DNA of 63,419 nucleotides from a virus (IMGVR_UViG_3300043425_000902:1-63419); one strand, 5' to 3'. Counted from the stretch's first letter, positions 17,211 to 27,916 are shown. Made by a program: numbers and translations. Notes: generated from the letters alone by a model not told the origin.

Positions 17211-20200
17211 CGCGTGTCTCCCGCCTCGAACTCCCGCTGCGCTTGCATGAACGCGGGGATCTTGTCTGGGGTCAAGATGTCGTCCAGCTTCATGCCGGTC
17301 TTTTTGCCGACGTACGCCTTGTAGGCCGCACGCTGCGCAGGCGTGTTGAAGGGGTGCGGCGCGTAGCGCTCGATCACGGCGTCAAGGGTCTTGCCCGCGA
17401 AGCGGTTGCGCAGCAGCGCCTCGTGCGCCGCGTCGCCGTTCTCTAGCGTGTCGAACTTGGCGAGGCCCGTCTTTTCGTCGAAGCCGACGAAGCCCGGCTG
17501 CTTGGCCACCCACGGCGACTTGCTCTTCTTCCCCTCGGCGTTCTGCACGATGTACATGATCGCGCCGCGGTTGTTGAAACGGTTCGTGGCGGCCCCCGCC
17601 GCGGGCGTGTCCTCGGGCGGCATGCCGAAGAAGTCTCCCAGCTCTTTCTCGCGCTGCTCGGGGGGCTTGTCGTCTTCCTCCGTGATCTGCGGCGCGGGCA
17701 CGTCGGGAGGCGCCGTCGGGGACGGGCCCGGCGTGCCGCCGACGTACGTCGCGGTCGGCTGCACCGTGCGCCGGGGCAGGGAGCCAAGGAGGCTGGACCC
17801 GGAGACGATGGCGTTTACACGGCGCATGAACGCGCGGGCAGGACCCTCGCCGTACATCTTTTGGATGCGCGCCATGACCTCGTCGGTCTTGGCCGGGTCG
17901 AGCAGCTCCTGCGTGACCCGCACGGCCTCCTCGCGGCTCATGCCGCGCCCCTCAAGCCAGCGCAGGGCTGGGCCGAGGACCGTGAGCCCGCGCGTGGCGC
18001 GCTCGGCGGCGTTCGCGGCGGTCGGCAGCTCGTCGACGCCTCCGGCACCCCGCGCGGCGGCGGTGGACTCTCCGGCGGCGAGGGCGGCGCGGCTGGAGCG
18101 GTTGACGAGGGCTGTGGCGCGGCGGATGAGCGTCGCCGCCGCCTCAGGGCCCATCAGGGCCTCGACGTTCTCGCGCAGCCGGGCGTCGGTGCGCAGGGCG
18201 CTCAGGAACGACTCCGCCCCCTCGCTCGTGCCGACGGCCTTGGTAGCGGCGTCGCGCCACGCCACCAGAGCGGCCCGCCTCTCACGCGGCGCGAGGTTGG
18301 CGACAGCCGCGGCGAAGTCCGGCGACAGGATGTTGGGCAGGTTCCCGCCGAGCTTGAGAGCGCCGAACAGGCCTTCCGCCTCCTTGGCGGTCTGCGCCGC
18401 GACGGGGAAGGCCTCTTGCTCCTGAGCCGTGAACAGCAGGTCGCGCAGGGTCGGGTTCTCGCGGCTCCACTTGTCCCAGCGGCTGCCGGTCTTGGCCTCG
18501 TCGGGGCCGAGGATCTGCGCCTGAGCGTCCTTGCGCATGGCCTCCCACTCGGGGCTGCCTGCGCCGAGCCTGTCCCTCGCCGCCTTGAGGTTGGTGATGC
18601 CGGTCGGGCTCTTGTCGGTCAGGCTCCCGAACAGCAGGCCGCGCGCACGGCCCGGGTCGTTCTCGACGAGGGCGGCCACGGTCGGGTCGTTGACATAGTT
18701 GCTGTAGTAGTCGCGCGCCTTGAGGATGGCGTCGCGCGTCTTGGAGACGGCCTGCGTGTTCCCTGAGAAGCGCCCCGCCATGTCCAGCCGGTCGACGAGA
18801 CCGTCGAGGGTCCGCCGCGCCTTGCCTGCCGCCGTGGCGGCGGTGGTTCCCGGCACGGCCCGCTCGATCTGCGACAGTTCGCGGCGAAGGCTGAAGATGT
18901 CCGTCGAGGTGAGGGACGACATCTGCGGCTGCTCCAGCCGCTCAAGCGCCTTGAGCACGGGCGTGATCTCGTCAGGCACGACGGTGTAGTCGCTGATCGC
19001 CTCGCGCAGGGCGGCGTTGAACTCTCCGACCGTGGTGGGGCCGATGCCGCGCGCCGTGGCGACCTCAGGGGCGCCGCCGGGAACGATGCGCATGTAGTGC
19101 GTCTCGCCTTCGGTGTACGGCACGCCGAGGTCGTCGAAGCGCTGCCGGTAGTACTTCTCCTCCTGCGGCGTCATGCGCTTCCAGTTGCCGACGGTCTCGC
19201 CGTCGTCACGGGACAGCTGGACGGTGGCGGGCTCCTTGGCGATGGCCGCTTCGTCGTAGGCCTGATCCATGGCGCCCTTGGCGGCGTTGGCCTCGGCCTT
19301 GAGCCTCTCCGCAAAGGCCGACGCGGGCTGGCCCAGCTCGTCGACCTGCGGCGTAATGCCGCGCTGCGCGGCGCTCACGGCGCCTTCCGCCTCCGTGCGC
19401 AGGGCCGCGCCCGTCACGCCCGGAGCCTCGGGGCTGATCTCGCCCGTGGCGCGAGCGCCAGCGGCCTGCGTGCCGGACGGCCCGCGCACCTCTTCGTTGT
19501 ACTTCCTGAACATGCCCGACGTGTCAGGCTCCGCGGCGCCCGTCCGGCGCGCCAACCTCGACGTGATGCCCTCATCAAGGACATCGACGGGCCGGGCCTC
19601 GACGCCAACCTCGGACAGCGCGCCCCGGGTGAGGCCCATGTCCTCGGTGTTGGCGACGGCAGGCCGTCCGCCGGGCTGGACGCTCTCACGCGCAGCGCGC
19701 GTCAGGGCCTCTTCGGGCGCTCCGAAGGCGGCGGTGTTGGCTGCCCACGGCTTGCCCATGAGCGCACCCACGCCCGTCATGGCGCCAATGCGCTGCAGGC
19801 TCGGCGTCTCTCCGCTGTACGCCTGACGTATGGCCTCGGAGCCTCCGCTCAGGATGGCGGACAGGGCGGTGGGCCCCAGCTGCGTCGTCGGGCGCCCGCT
19901 CACGAGCCCGGTAAGCCCTTGCCCGACGGCGGTGGCTGTCGGGTACCGCTCGGTGTCGAGACGCTCTTGGATGGGCGACCAGCCGAGCTTTTCCTGCAGC
20001 CAGTACGGCATGCGCTCCAGCAGTTCGCCCTGTCCCTGCAGCCCCGCGCCGTATCCCGATGCGCCTCCGATAACCGCACCCACCAGCGCGCCTGTAGGCG
20101 CCGTAACTTCGGCGAACGGGCCGCCAAGCATGCCCAGCGCTCCGCCCGTGCGCGCGCCCACCCCAGCCCCGGGAATGGCGGAGAGCATGGGGATCATAGA

Positions 20201-20599
20201 ACGCGACGCGCTGCGCACTGCAGCCCCGAACGCGCCACCCGGCGTCGAGGGCTCGCTCTCGCGTATCCGCGCCCCGATGTCCTGCTTTCCCGCCTTGGGG
20301 CCGATGCTGCGCTCGATCGCCGACTTCAGGTCGTCGACGCCCATGTACCGACCACCCATGTTGGTCGCGGCGGCTTCTTCTTCCGTGAGGCCGGGCCCGG
20401 CAAGCGTGGTCGGAGGCTCGTCCGTCTTGGGGAAGTCCGGCACCTGCTTCGGCTTCGCCTCGGGGTTGATGCGCTTCTCGACGAGCTTGCCGTCGGGCGT
20501 GATGAGGCCACGCGAGACCGCCGTCTCGTACAGGGCCTGCTCTTCCGGCTGGAGCAGGCCGCGCTTGGCGCCTTCAGCGAGGAGTTCGTATTCCGTCAT
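17207..20599 (-). CDS. Large DNA ejection/internal virion protein with C-terminal lysozyme-like domain
   Basis: 1130 aa, Gly/Ala-rich hydrophobic segments; C-terminal NN.G.I...F.....G..A...L......T....I.RYAP...N motif. Confidence 0.72.
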   Translation of the reverse strand: MTEYELLAEGAKRGLLQPEEQALYETAVSRGLITPDGKLVEKRINPEAKPKQVPDFPKTDEPPTTLAGPGLTEEEAAATNMGGRYMGVDDLKSAIERSIGPKAGKQDIGARIRESEPSTPGGAFGAAVRSASRSMIPMLSAIPGAGVGARTGGALGMLGGPFAEVTAPTGALVGAVIGGASGYGAGLQGQGELLERMPYWLQEKLGWSPIQERLDTERYPTATAVGQGLTGLVSGRPTTQLGPTALSAILSGGSEAIRQAYSGETPSLQRIGAMTGVGALMGKPWAANTAAFGAPEEALTRAARESVQPGGRPAVANTEDMGLTRGALSEVGVEARPVDVLDEGITSRLARRTGAAEPDTSGMFRKYNEEVRGPSGTQAAGARATGEISPEAPGVTGAALRTEAEGAVSAAQRGITPQVDELGQPASAFAERLKAEANAAKGAMDQAYDEAAIAKEPATVQLSRDDGETVGNWKRMTPQEEKYYRQRFDDLGVPYTEGETHYMRIVPGGAPEVATARGIGPTTVGEFNAALREAISDYTVVPDEITPVLKALERLEQPQMSSLTSTDIFSLRRELSQIERAVPGTTAATAAGKARRTLDGLVDRLDMAGRFSGNTQAVSKTRDAILKARDYYSNYVNDPTVAALVENDPGRARGLLFGSLTDKSPTGITNLKAARDRLGAGSPEWEAMRKDAQAQILGPDEAKTGSRWDKWSRENPTLRDLLFTAQEQEAFPVAAQTAKEAEGLFGALKLGGNLPNILSPDFAAAVANLAPRERRAALVAWRDAATKAVGTSEGAESFLSALRTDARLRENVEALMGPEAAATLIRRATALVNRSSRAALAAGESTAAARGAGGVDELPTAANAAERATRGLTVLGPALRWLEGRGMSREEAVRVTQELLDPAKTDEVMARIQKMYGEGPARAFMRRVNAIVSGSSLLGSLPRRTVQPTATYVGGTPGPSPTAPPDVPAPQITEEDDKPPEQREKELGDFFGMPPEDTPAAGAATNRFNNRGAIMYIVQNAEGKKSKSPWVAKQPGFVGFDEKTGLAKFDTLENGDAAHEALLRNRFAGKTLDAVIERYAPHPFNTPAQRAAYKAYVGKKTGMKLDDILTPDKIPAFMQAQREFEAGDTR

Positions 20600-22047
20600 C
20601 GCCGCCTCGTCGCGTTCAGAGCCTCAAGCACCTCGTCGTCCGTCATCTCGCTGGGCGCCTTGCCCGAGGTGGGCTGCGTGATGGCCTTCACTCGCCGGTA
20701 CATGGACATCACCTGCTGCCCGTCGCGCTTCATGCTCTCCAGCACGTTGGTGTAGTGCTGAATGACGATCTTGGCGTTGGCTTGGACATCTTCCAGCTTC
20801 ATGGACTGGTTGAGCGCGGCGATGGACCTTTCGAGCATGGCCAGTTCGCGCTCGGTGACCGAGCCTAGGCCGGATGCGCCCGTGGTGCTCTGCTGCTTCA
20901 GCTCGGCCAGCTTGGCCATGGCGAGGTTGCCGACGGTCGTCTTCAGCTCTTCCGCCACCGAGAACGGCTCGGACCCGGGCGCGAACTTCAGGATGGCGCC
21001 CGCCGGGCCCGTCGTGAGGCCGGTGAACCGCGAATACAGGCGGCGGATCTGGTTGAGCTTGGCCGTCTCCGAGACGAGGCCCGACTGCAGCGCGTTCAGG
21101 TTCGACAGGTACTCTTCGGGCGTCGGCAGGGGCTTCTCGTTGGCGAAGGGCTTGAACTCCCCGGTCGAGGTCTCGAACTGTCCGCGGATGTACGTGCCGC
21201 CTGACCGGCGCAGGGCCTCATCCCCTGACACGACCTTCAGGCCGGGGATCGGCGTGGCGCCGGTCGTGGTGACGTTGTAGATGGCGTCGGGGTTCAGGCC
21301 CAGCGCCTCTCCGGGCACACCCACCTGCCCGACGTACTGTCGCCACTTTTCTCCGGCAGGCGCGCCCGCCGCAGGAGCACCCTCGCCGGGAGGCGGAGGG
21401 GGCGGAGGAGGCATGGCGCCCGCAGCCGGGGCCCCGGGCGCAGCGCCCATGGCGGCAGCTCCACCCGCGACCTGATCCGGGGTGACTTGGCTGAGGTCTT
21501 GCAGGGAGTTGAAGGGCACGGTCTGGCCGCCTTCGAGGACGACCATGCCGTCAGGGACCCTCGCTCCGGTGTAGGGGTTGAACGAGTACATCTTGCCGTC
21601 GGTGGTGTTGTACTGCGTGACGAGCTTGGCGAGCTTGGGCGTCCTCGGGGCGGTCTTGGTGAGGTACTTCAGCTCAAGGGCGGAGTCCGCGAGCTTCTTT
21701 TTCAGCTCCTGCTCGGCGTCCTGCGCCGCGGCCTGAGCCTGCTGCTCGCGGATCTTGTCTCCGCTGCTTTGCCAGCTCTCCAGCCCCTGTTGCAGGCCGA
21801 CCCACCCAGACCCCCAGCGGTTGGGCTTGGCCGCGGCGAGGAAGGCGCGCGACAGACGCTGCAGGTCGCTCGGCACCGCCATCTGGCGCGCCTCACGGAT
21901 CTTCCGACCGTACTCGTCGTACGCGGCGCTCGTGCTCTGCTTGAGGGACGCGAGCGTGCCCGCGGGCAGAGCCATGCTCTGTTCCTGCGGGGCGATCGTG
22001 GAGAGGGCGCCGGAGGCCTGCGTCGAGTCTTCGTCTTCGGGGTCCAT
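20596..22047 (-). CDS. DNA ejection/internal virion protein
   Basis: Position; GASGLGSVTEREL motif; C-terminal SEMTDDEV. Confidence 0.7.
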   Translation of the reverse strand: MDPEDEDSTQASGALSTIAPQEQSMALPAGTLASLKQSTSAAYDEYGRKIREARQMAVPSDLQRLSRAFLAAAKPNRWGSGWVGLQQGLESWQSSGDKIREQQAQAAAQDAEQELKKKLADSALELKYLTKTAPRTPKLAKLVTQYNTTDGKMYSFNPYTGARVPDGMVVLEGGQTVPFNSLQDLSQVTPDQVAGGAAAMGAAPGAPAAGAMPPPPPPPPGEGAPAAGAPAGEKWRQYVGQVGVPGEALGLNPDAIYNVTTTGATPIPGLKVVSGDEALRRSGGTYIRGQFETSTGEFKPFANEKPLPTPEEYLSNLNALQSGLVSETAKLNQIRRLYSRFTGLTTGPAGAILKFAPGSEPFSVAEELKTTVGNLAMAKLAELKQQSTTGASGLGSVTERELAMLERSIAALNQSMKLEDVQANAKIVIQHYTNVLESMKRDGQQVMSMYRRVKAITQPTSGKAPSEMTDDEVLEALNATRRR

Positions 22048-22056
22048 CAGCCGCTC

Positions 22057-23094
22057 CTAGATGTAGCCCTTGCTCTTCAGCCAGTCGAACACTTCCGTGG
22101 CGGTGGCGAGAGCCGTGTTGATGTTGCTGGCCGTCGTCGGGCCCGGGCCCGCAGGCGTGCCCTGCGGCTCGTACCCCTTGTACGTCTCGCCCTGCGGGAT
22201 GCCGCCCTGCAGGGTCTTGGCCGTCGCGGCGGCGTCGTTGATGCGCTTCTGCTTGTCGGCCTGCTCGTTGATCCAGTCCTGATACGCGACGTCGTAGTTC
22301 TTCTGGACCTGACCCTGCTGCTTGTCGCCGATGGTGGACAGGGCTCCGGCGCCCGTGAGCCCGAGGGCCTGCTGGCGCGCCGCCATGTCGCCCATCTGCG
22401 CGGCGGTGGCGCGGCGGGAGGTGATGTCGCCCGCGCCGAGGGCGCCAGCCGTCTGGCCGAGGCCCGCGATGCGCGACAGGTCGGTATTCGCGGCGCTCAG
22501 GGCTCCGCTGTAGCCGGACGACAGGGCCTCGGCCTGCTTGGCCGTGATGCCCTCCATCGTATCGCGGATGCCCCGACCGATCATCTCGGCCTGACGCGAC
22601 CCGCCGAACTGCCCCGACTTGATGAAGCGGTCGCTGATCTCCGGCAGGATTTGCTCGCGCAGGGTGCGCGCGCCGAGTTCCCCGATGCGGTTGACCACCG
22701 CGTCTTGGTAGGGGTTCATGTATTGCTGCACCTGAGACGCCGACGTCTGCGCGGCGCGGTTCAGGTAGGGCTGGGCGGTCTCAAGGCCGCCCGGCGCGTT
22801 CATCAGGCCCGCCGTGGCGCCCTGAGCCGCGTTCAGGCCCGGCTGGTAGGAAAACGCCGCGTCCTTGGTGGCCGCGAACCCAGCCTGCTGGTCGGGCGTG
22901 AACCCCGCGACGCGCGGGCCCTGATAGGTCAGGTACGGGGCGTCCATGACCGCGCGCTGGTTCGACAGCACCTGCATGGTGTAGTTGTTGTACCAGTCCG
23001 GCAGGACTGTCGTCTTGGTGTAGGCCTTCGGCTGAACGGCGGCGTTGCCGCTGTTCAGGAAGGTGGTCATGCCGTCGTCGGTGCCTGTGGGCAT
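22057..23094 (-). CDS. DNA ejection/pilot protein
   Basis: Gln/Ala/Gly-rich; YMNPY and FGGSR motifs typical of podovirus internal proteins. Confidence 0.75.
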   Translation of the reverse strand: MPTGTDDGMTTFLNSGNAAVQPKAYTKTTVLPDWYNNYTMQVLSNQRAVMDAPYLTYQGPRVAGFTPDQQAGFAATKDAAFSYQPGLNAAQGATAGLMNAPGGLETAQPYLNRAAQTSASQVQQYMNPYQDAVVNRIGELGARTLREQILPEISDRFIKSGQFGGSRQAEMIGRGIRDTMEGITAKQAEALSSGYSGALSAANTDLSRIAGLGQTAGALGAGDITSRRATAAQMGDMAARQQALGLTGAGALSTIGDKQQGQVQKNYDVAYQDWINEQADKQKRINDAAATAKTLQGGIPQGETYKGYEPQGTPAGPGPTTASNINTALATATEVFDWLKSKGYI

Positions 23095-23095
23095 C

Positions 23096-25582
23096 TTAGG
23101 TTCGTCCTCCGCGCAGGTAGGCTTCGGGGGGTTTGGCGTTAGCGCTGAAAGCCCCCTTGGCGAGCTTCCTGCCCTTGTGCTTGCGGATGTTTACACGGAA
23201 CTGGTCGAGGCGGTCAGCCCCGGCTTTCGTCGAGCCGTCTCCGAGCAGGGCCACGGTCTCGGCGTCAATGACGTACTCCCCGTCGCTCAGGCGGGCCGGG
23301 ATCTTGTCGTCGCGCCCGGAACCCATGCCGCGCACGGCGAAGCCGCCGCGGGCGAAGTCCTCGGGGTTGGCGGACGGCGCGGGCATCGGCAGCGGGCGGG
23401 CGACCACGTCGCGGAACGGCGTGGGGTTGGTCGGCGCTTGGTTGTAGACGCCCGCCTCGTAAGGCGTCGGGCCGGTGAAGGTTGGGCCTGCGCCGGGCAG
23501 CGTAGACGCCGCAGGAACGCCGCTGACAGCGAACGGCGAGGTCGGGGCGGTGGGCGACTGGGGGGCGGTTCGCGCCAGCCGTTCGTTAACGGCGGCTTGC
23601 GCATCGGCCTCGGTCGCGTAGTCCCGCCAGAACACACCGTTCCCGGCTTCCCCGGTCTTGGCGTAGAACTTCCCGCCGTGAGACACGACCTTTGAAGGGT
23701 CAGCCTTGTCCAGCACCGCGCTGGTTTGCGCCCACGCATCGTTCTGCGCCTTGATCGCGGCGCGCGAGTTCGCAGACTGAACCGCGTAATCCGAGGCGTA
23801 CTTGTCGGCCTCTTCGCGGGTGTTGAACGTCGCCCCTGTGTCACCGATCATCACGGTGTATCCGCCGGGCCCACCACCGACGCGCGGCGTGAAATTGGGG
23901 ACCGGCGGGCTGTCGTTGGTCGGCTCAGGCCAGTAGCCGCCCGCCACCTGAACATCAGGCGTCGGGGTCACGTTGGCCGCAAAGCCGGTGGGCGACGGGA
24001 GGATACCCGACGGGCGCTGCGGCGTGCTGTTCAGGAACGCGACCTGCCCGCGCTGCCCGTAAGTGGCCCACTCCTCGGGCGTCATGCTGACGTTGCGCGC
24101 TGACATGTCGGCGAACGGCCCGGAAGGTGGCGGGAGCTTGGCGCGGAAGATGTCGGGCAAGCTGCCCGGGGTGCCCGCGTCGAGCACGCCAGCCGGAAGC
24201 GATGCGGGGCCTGAGCCTTGCGTCGCGGTCGTGACGCCGCCTGACACAAGCGACAGAAGTTTGAGCCAGTCGGCCCAGCTCATCCCGGCGGGCTTTTTGC
24301 TGTCGTCCAAACTGTCGTCGCCCGGATCGCTGCTGGTTTCCCCGTCGTCCGTGCCGCTGAACGTATCGGTCCCGGGCAGACTATCTTCACTGGGCTCGAC
24401 GACAACTTCCGAGACATCGGTCGCAGGGGTTGTGGTTACGGTGCTGAGGGCTCCGCCCGGCAGGCTGTCGTTACCACCGCCCTCGACGACGACTTCCGAG
24501 ACCGACGGCTCGGCGGTCTTGGGGGCGGCGGTCACGCTGGTGAGAGCCCCGACGCCAGCGCCGGTCAGTGGGTCCGTGCTGGCGGTAACGTCCACCCCCT
24601 CGATGGTGTTGCCGACTGTGTCAGCGCCCGTGCCGCCCCGCATGACGTTCTGGCCGCCCGCTCCGGTAACGGCGGAGCCCCCGACTGCACTAAGTGCGCC
24701 ACCAGTCACCGCGTCAACGCCGCCCTTGACGCCTTGGACAATGACCTCTCGGACGGTGTTTCCCGCGCCGGTAGCCGCTTTGCCGAGGGTGTCGGTGACG
24801 ACGTTCCCCGCCCCGTCGACGGCGCGCGTGACCGCGTTGAGAGGCTTCATCACGGCGGAGTAGCCGTTGTACATAGCCTGCCCTATGGGGCTCTCGCTGT
24901 TCGCCAGCACCTTGCCCAGCTTGCCGACGGCAGTGCCCCCGACGTAGGTCAGGCCCGCGCTCAGCGCGGCGCGCTTGACAGTCTCCTCGAAACTGCGCCC
25001 CTGAGCCACGGACGACAGCGCCGAGCCCGCGGCGGAGCCCACGGCAGCCCACGCCAGACCGATGCCCGGCGCAAGGATGGCGCCGATGATCGGCAGGGCG
25101 AAGTCGGCCACCTTGCCGAGCAGGCTTTGCTTCTTGGGGTCCCAGCGCTCCTCGGCCATGGACACCCAGCCGCCCTCGTCGGTCGGCTTCTGGATGGCCC
25201 ACGCCGCCGTGCGGCCTTGGTTCTGGGATATTGAGTTGGCGACGGCGGTGGCGGTTTGCGCCGCCTCGGGCCCCGCCCCCTCGAAGACGACATCACCCGT
25301 CATCTTGTCGACGAGACGGATCTTCTGCCCGGGGGCAACCATCACGGCGCCCGCGAAATCCCCGTCGTTGGTGTAGGCCGCGTAGTAGGGGGTGGCGTAG
25401 CCCTTGTTCGGATCGGCAGGCATGAGCTGCGCGTTGCGGAGCGGCGACTCCGGCTTCGGCGGGTCGCCGGGCGTCGCGCTCGCAGTCCCGTAGCGCCCGC
25501 GCTGAACGGCGCCGGGGCTCACGGCGAAATCGCCGCGCTCGCCCTGCAGGACTTCCGGGTTTACAGCAAAGCCTTCAGGCAT
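23096..25582 (-). CDS. Ejection protein with membrane segment, TonB-box-like repeats and FARGG...RLSDGEYV C-terminal domain
   Basis: Hydrophobic LPIIGAILAPGIGLAWAAVG; EVVVE-type repeats; FARGG..V.G.G.G..D.IPARLSDGEYV. Confidence 0.72.
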   Translation of the reverse strand: MPEGFAVNPEVLQGERGDFAVSPGAVQRGRYGTASATPGDPPKPESPLRNAQLMPADPNKGYATPYYAAYTNDGDFAGAVMVAPGQKIRLVDKMTGDVVFEGAGPEAAQTATAVANSISQNQGRTAAWAIQKPTDEGGWVSMAEERWDPKKQSLLGKVADFALPIIGAILAPGIGLAWAAVGSAAGSALSSVAQGRSFEETVKRAALSAGLTYVGGTAVGKLGKVLANSESPIGQAMYNGYSAVMKPLNAVTRAVDGAGNVVTDTLGKAATGAGNTVREVIVQGVKGGVDAVTGGALSAVGGSAVTGAGGQNVMRGGTGADTVGNTIEGVDVTASTDPLTGAGVGALTSVTAAPKTAEPSVSEVVVEGGGNDSLPGGALSTVTTTPATDVSEVVVEPSEDSLPGTDTFSGTDDGETSSDPGDDSLDDSKKPAGMSWADWLKLLSLVSGGVTTATQGSGPASLPAGVLDAGTPGSLPDIFRAKLPPPSGPFADMSARNVSMTPEEWATYGQRGQVAFLNSTPQRPSGILPSPTGFAANVTPTPDVQVAGGYWPEPTNDSPPVPNFTPRVGGGPGGYTVMIGDTGATFNTREEADKYASDYAVQSANSRAAIKAQNDAWAQTSAVLDKADPSKVVSHGGKFYAKTGEAGNGVFWRDYATEADAQAAVNERLARTAPQSPTAPTSPFAVSGVPAASTLPGAGPTFTGPTPYEAGVYNQAPTNPTPFRDVVARPLPMPAPSANPEDFARGGFAVRGMGSGRDDKIPARLSDGEYVIDAETVALLGDGSTKAGADRLDQFRVNIRKHKGRKLAKGAFSANAKPPEAYLRGGRT

Positions 25583-25812
25583 CAGTTCACCTCGAGCAAG
25601 GGATAGACGCGCTCGGCCCAGTCGCGCCAGTCCTCAAACTGATAAGGGTTGGGGATCGCCTGCTGTGTGAACGGTGATGCTCGCACGAAGCCGATGGCCC
25701 AGTCCTGCCAACGCGCTTCGTCCTCCAGCTTGCCGAAGGACCACGCATCACTCACGGAGAGGATAACACTATCCGCCCAGTCTGTCAGCGTCATGTTTCG
25801 AGGATTGATCAT
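25582..25812 (-). CDS. Small Trp-rich tail-associated protein
   Basis: MINPRNMTLTDWA...; overlaps both neighbours. Confidence 0.7.
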   Translation of the reverse strand: MINPRNMTLTDWADSVILSVSDAWSFGKLEDEARWQDWAIGFVRASPFTQQAIPNPYQFEDWRDWAERVYPLLEVN

Positions 25813-27350
25813 CCGATCATCGTCCCGTCGCCCGGCTGGAAGTGCCCAAGGATCAGGCCCATCTGGTAGTCGCCGCCCACCACGTTCGACGCGAAGCGGA
25901 ACCGCAGTTGGCGCCGCTGCGTCTTGAGGTAGACGACCTGATCCGTCTGGCCCGTCGCCGCCGCAGGGAACGGCATGAACGGCCCCTCGACTTCCGGCGA
26001 GCGGGCGTTGAACCGACCGTGCACCGACACCATCATCTCGCCGGACTGCACGAAGTCGGGCTCGATGTAGGCGATGTGCAGTTGCTTGTTGATCTTGCCC
26101 TCGCTGGAAATGGGCAGGGAGATTTCCGCCGTCTCGAAGAACGAGTAGATCGGCTGAGTGGACGTGCCATCCACCTCGTCGACGCCGGTCTCGTGGACCC
26201 ACAGCTTGTAGCCGCTGGTCGAGGACTGCACGCCGGTCAGCAGCGGCTTGCGGAACACCGAGGGCGACGTGCCGGCGGACCTGCCGCCGTTCGGCAACTC
26301 GCAGTCATACCACGAGTTCTCGCGCACGTTGTAGATGATGGCGTGGCTGCACTCCGTCGCCTCGCCGCGCGGGTAGCACCACCAGATTTCGCCGTAGCGC
26401 GGCACCTTGAAGGCGAAGACCTTCTGCGCGTGATTGACGTTCAGGCCGTCGAAGAACCAGTTGATGTTCATGGCGTTCGGCACTTCGCGCACCACGCCGT
26501 TGAACATGAGGAACCTGTCAACGCCCAGCCAGAAGAACACCCCGTCGTACTCGATGACGCTGTTGGGCGACAGGATCGAGGACTCGGTGCTCAGGGTGTC
26601 GAACTGGAAGACCTCCGCGCCGCCCACGAAGGTGGCCCGCACGACGGCGTCCAGCGACCACATCAGGCCCGACGGCGAGTTGCCCGGGCCGCCCCGGAGC
26701 GGCATGGCCTTGACGATCTTCTGCGCCGTGACGTTTGCGGATCCGCTACCGCTGCCGGTGAAGTCGGTCGGGTCGCCCGCCACGGACCAGGCCACATAGC
26801 CGTTTGTCCCATAGATGAAGGTGTAGGGGTGCAGCGCCACGACGCCGCCGGTGCAGTTGCCGCCGGACGGCAGGGTGATCGCCGTCAGGGCGCCGGTGCC
26901 GAGGATCGGGCCGGAGAACAACTCGCCGCCGTTGCTGTTGGCGATGTTCGTCCCGTTCGGCGCCACCTGCGCCACCAGCAGGTTCTGCGTGCTGTCGCTG
27001 TCGATGTCGAACTGCCAGACGTTGGCGGCGTCAGCCGTGAAGCCCGACGTCGGGGTGCGGTCGGTGATGACCGAGGTGTTGTTCGACGAGTCGATGAAGA
27101 ACCGCTCGATCTTGTTGGCCGAGCCGGAGTGCACGTAGGTCAGGTCGTTCTGCGTGTAGGCGTTCAGCGCCCGGCTGACCTCGGACAGGTACTTGTTGAT
27201 GGAGCGATAGCCGCCGATCTTCCGCGGCAGGCCGCGCTGGAAGCGGACCCACTGCCCGTCGACATAGGCGTCGCCCTCCAGCATGGTGCCGTCGCGCTTT
27301 ATGCCGGGCTGGGACTGGATGCGGATGATGCTGGTTGACGGCGGGGGCAT
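25809..27350 (-). CDS. Tail nozzle / packaged-DNA stabilisation protein (tail tubular B or P22 gp10-like)
   Basis: PGIKRDGT, WVRF..G.PRKIGG, EIWW.YP, YN..E..WY; beta-rich; position. Confidence 0.78.
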   Translation of the reverse strand: MPPPSTSIIRIQSQPGIKRDGTMLEGDAYVDGQWVRFQRGLPRKIGGYRSINKYLSEVSRALNAYTQNDLTYVHSGSANKIERFFIDSSNNTSVITDRTPTSGFTADAANVWQFDIDSDSTQNLLVAQVAPNGTNIANSNGGELFSGPILGTGALTAITLPSGGNCTGGVVALHPYTFIYGTNGYVAWSVAGDPTDFTGSGSGSANVTAQKIVKAMPLRGGPGNSPSGLMWSLDAVVRATFVGGAEVFQFDTLSTESSILSPNSVIEYDGVFFWLGVDRFLMFNGVVREVPNAMNINWFFDGLNVNHAQKVFAFKVPRYGEIWWCYPRGEATECSHAIIYNVRENSWYDCELPNGGRSAGTSPSVFRKPLLTGVQSSTSGYKLWVHETGVDEVDGTSTQPIYSFFETAEISLPISSEGKINKQLHIAYIEPDFVQSGEMMVSVHGRFNARSPEVEGPFMPFPAAATGQTDQVVYLKTQRRQLRFRFASNVVGGDYQMGLILGHFQPGDGTMIG

Positions 27351-27916
27351 CAGAGCGTGACCTCGGCCTCGATGGTGACGGTCGCGCTGTCCAGCACGGT
27401 GGTCGTGCCGACCTTGCGGATGTCCACGGTGAACGTGCAGGACTTGATGCCGAGGGTGCTGCGGGTCACGGTCCAGTCGCGGGTAGACGACAGCGCCACC
27501 CACGAGCCGCTGGTACCGCTGGACAGCGTGCCTGACGTCACGGTGACGTACGCCTCGTAGTTGGCCGCCGCGCCGGTGGGCGTCACCCAATCCTCGATGT
27601 AGTTGAACGTGCCGCTCGGGCTCTCGGTGTAGACCTTGCCGTTCGAGTTCAGCCGGTAGCCGTTCGTAGCGGAGCCGGGCGTCGGGGCCGACGAGTAGCT
27701 GCTCTGGTTCGTGATGCTGATCGTCGGGGCCGACGTGCCGTAGAAACTGCCGATGCTGATCGCTCCGCTGGACGGCACCGCGCCGTTGGTGCCCGACGTG
27801 CCCGCCGGGACATAAGTGCCGCCCGCATAGTAGTCGCCGAGGGACGGCGACGAGGGGCCGCCGAACTCGCCCTTGATGTCGTTCAGGCTCAGCGCACCGC
27901 TGGTCGGCAGCGTCAC
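27350..27916 (-). CDS. Tail fibre tip/accessory protein
   Basis: LP.SG.LSL.DI..EFGG....SL.DYY.GG N-terminus, commonly found downstream of chaperone-bearing fibres. Confidence 0.7.
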   Translation of the reverse strand: MTLPTSGALSLNDIKGEFGGPSSPSLGDYYAGGTYVPAGTSGTNGAVPSSGAISIGSFYGTSAPTISITNQSSYSSAPTPGSATNGYRLNSNGKVYTESPSGTFNYIEDWVTPTGAAANYEAYVTVTSGTLSSGTSGSWVALSSTRDWTVTRSTLGIKSCTFTVDIRKVGTTTVLDSATVTIEAEVTL

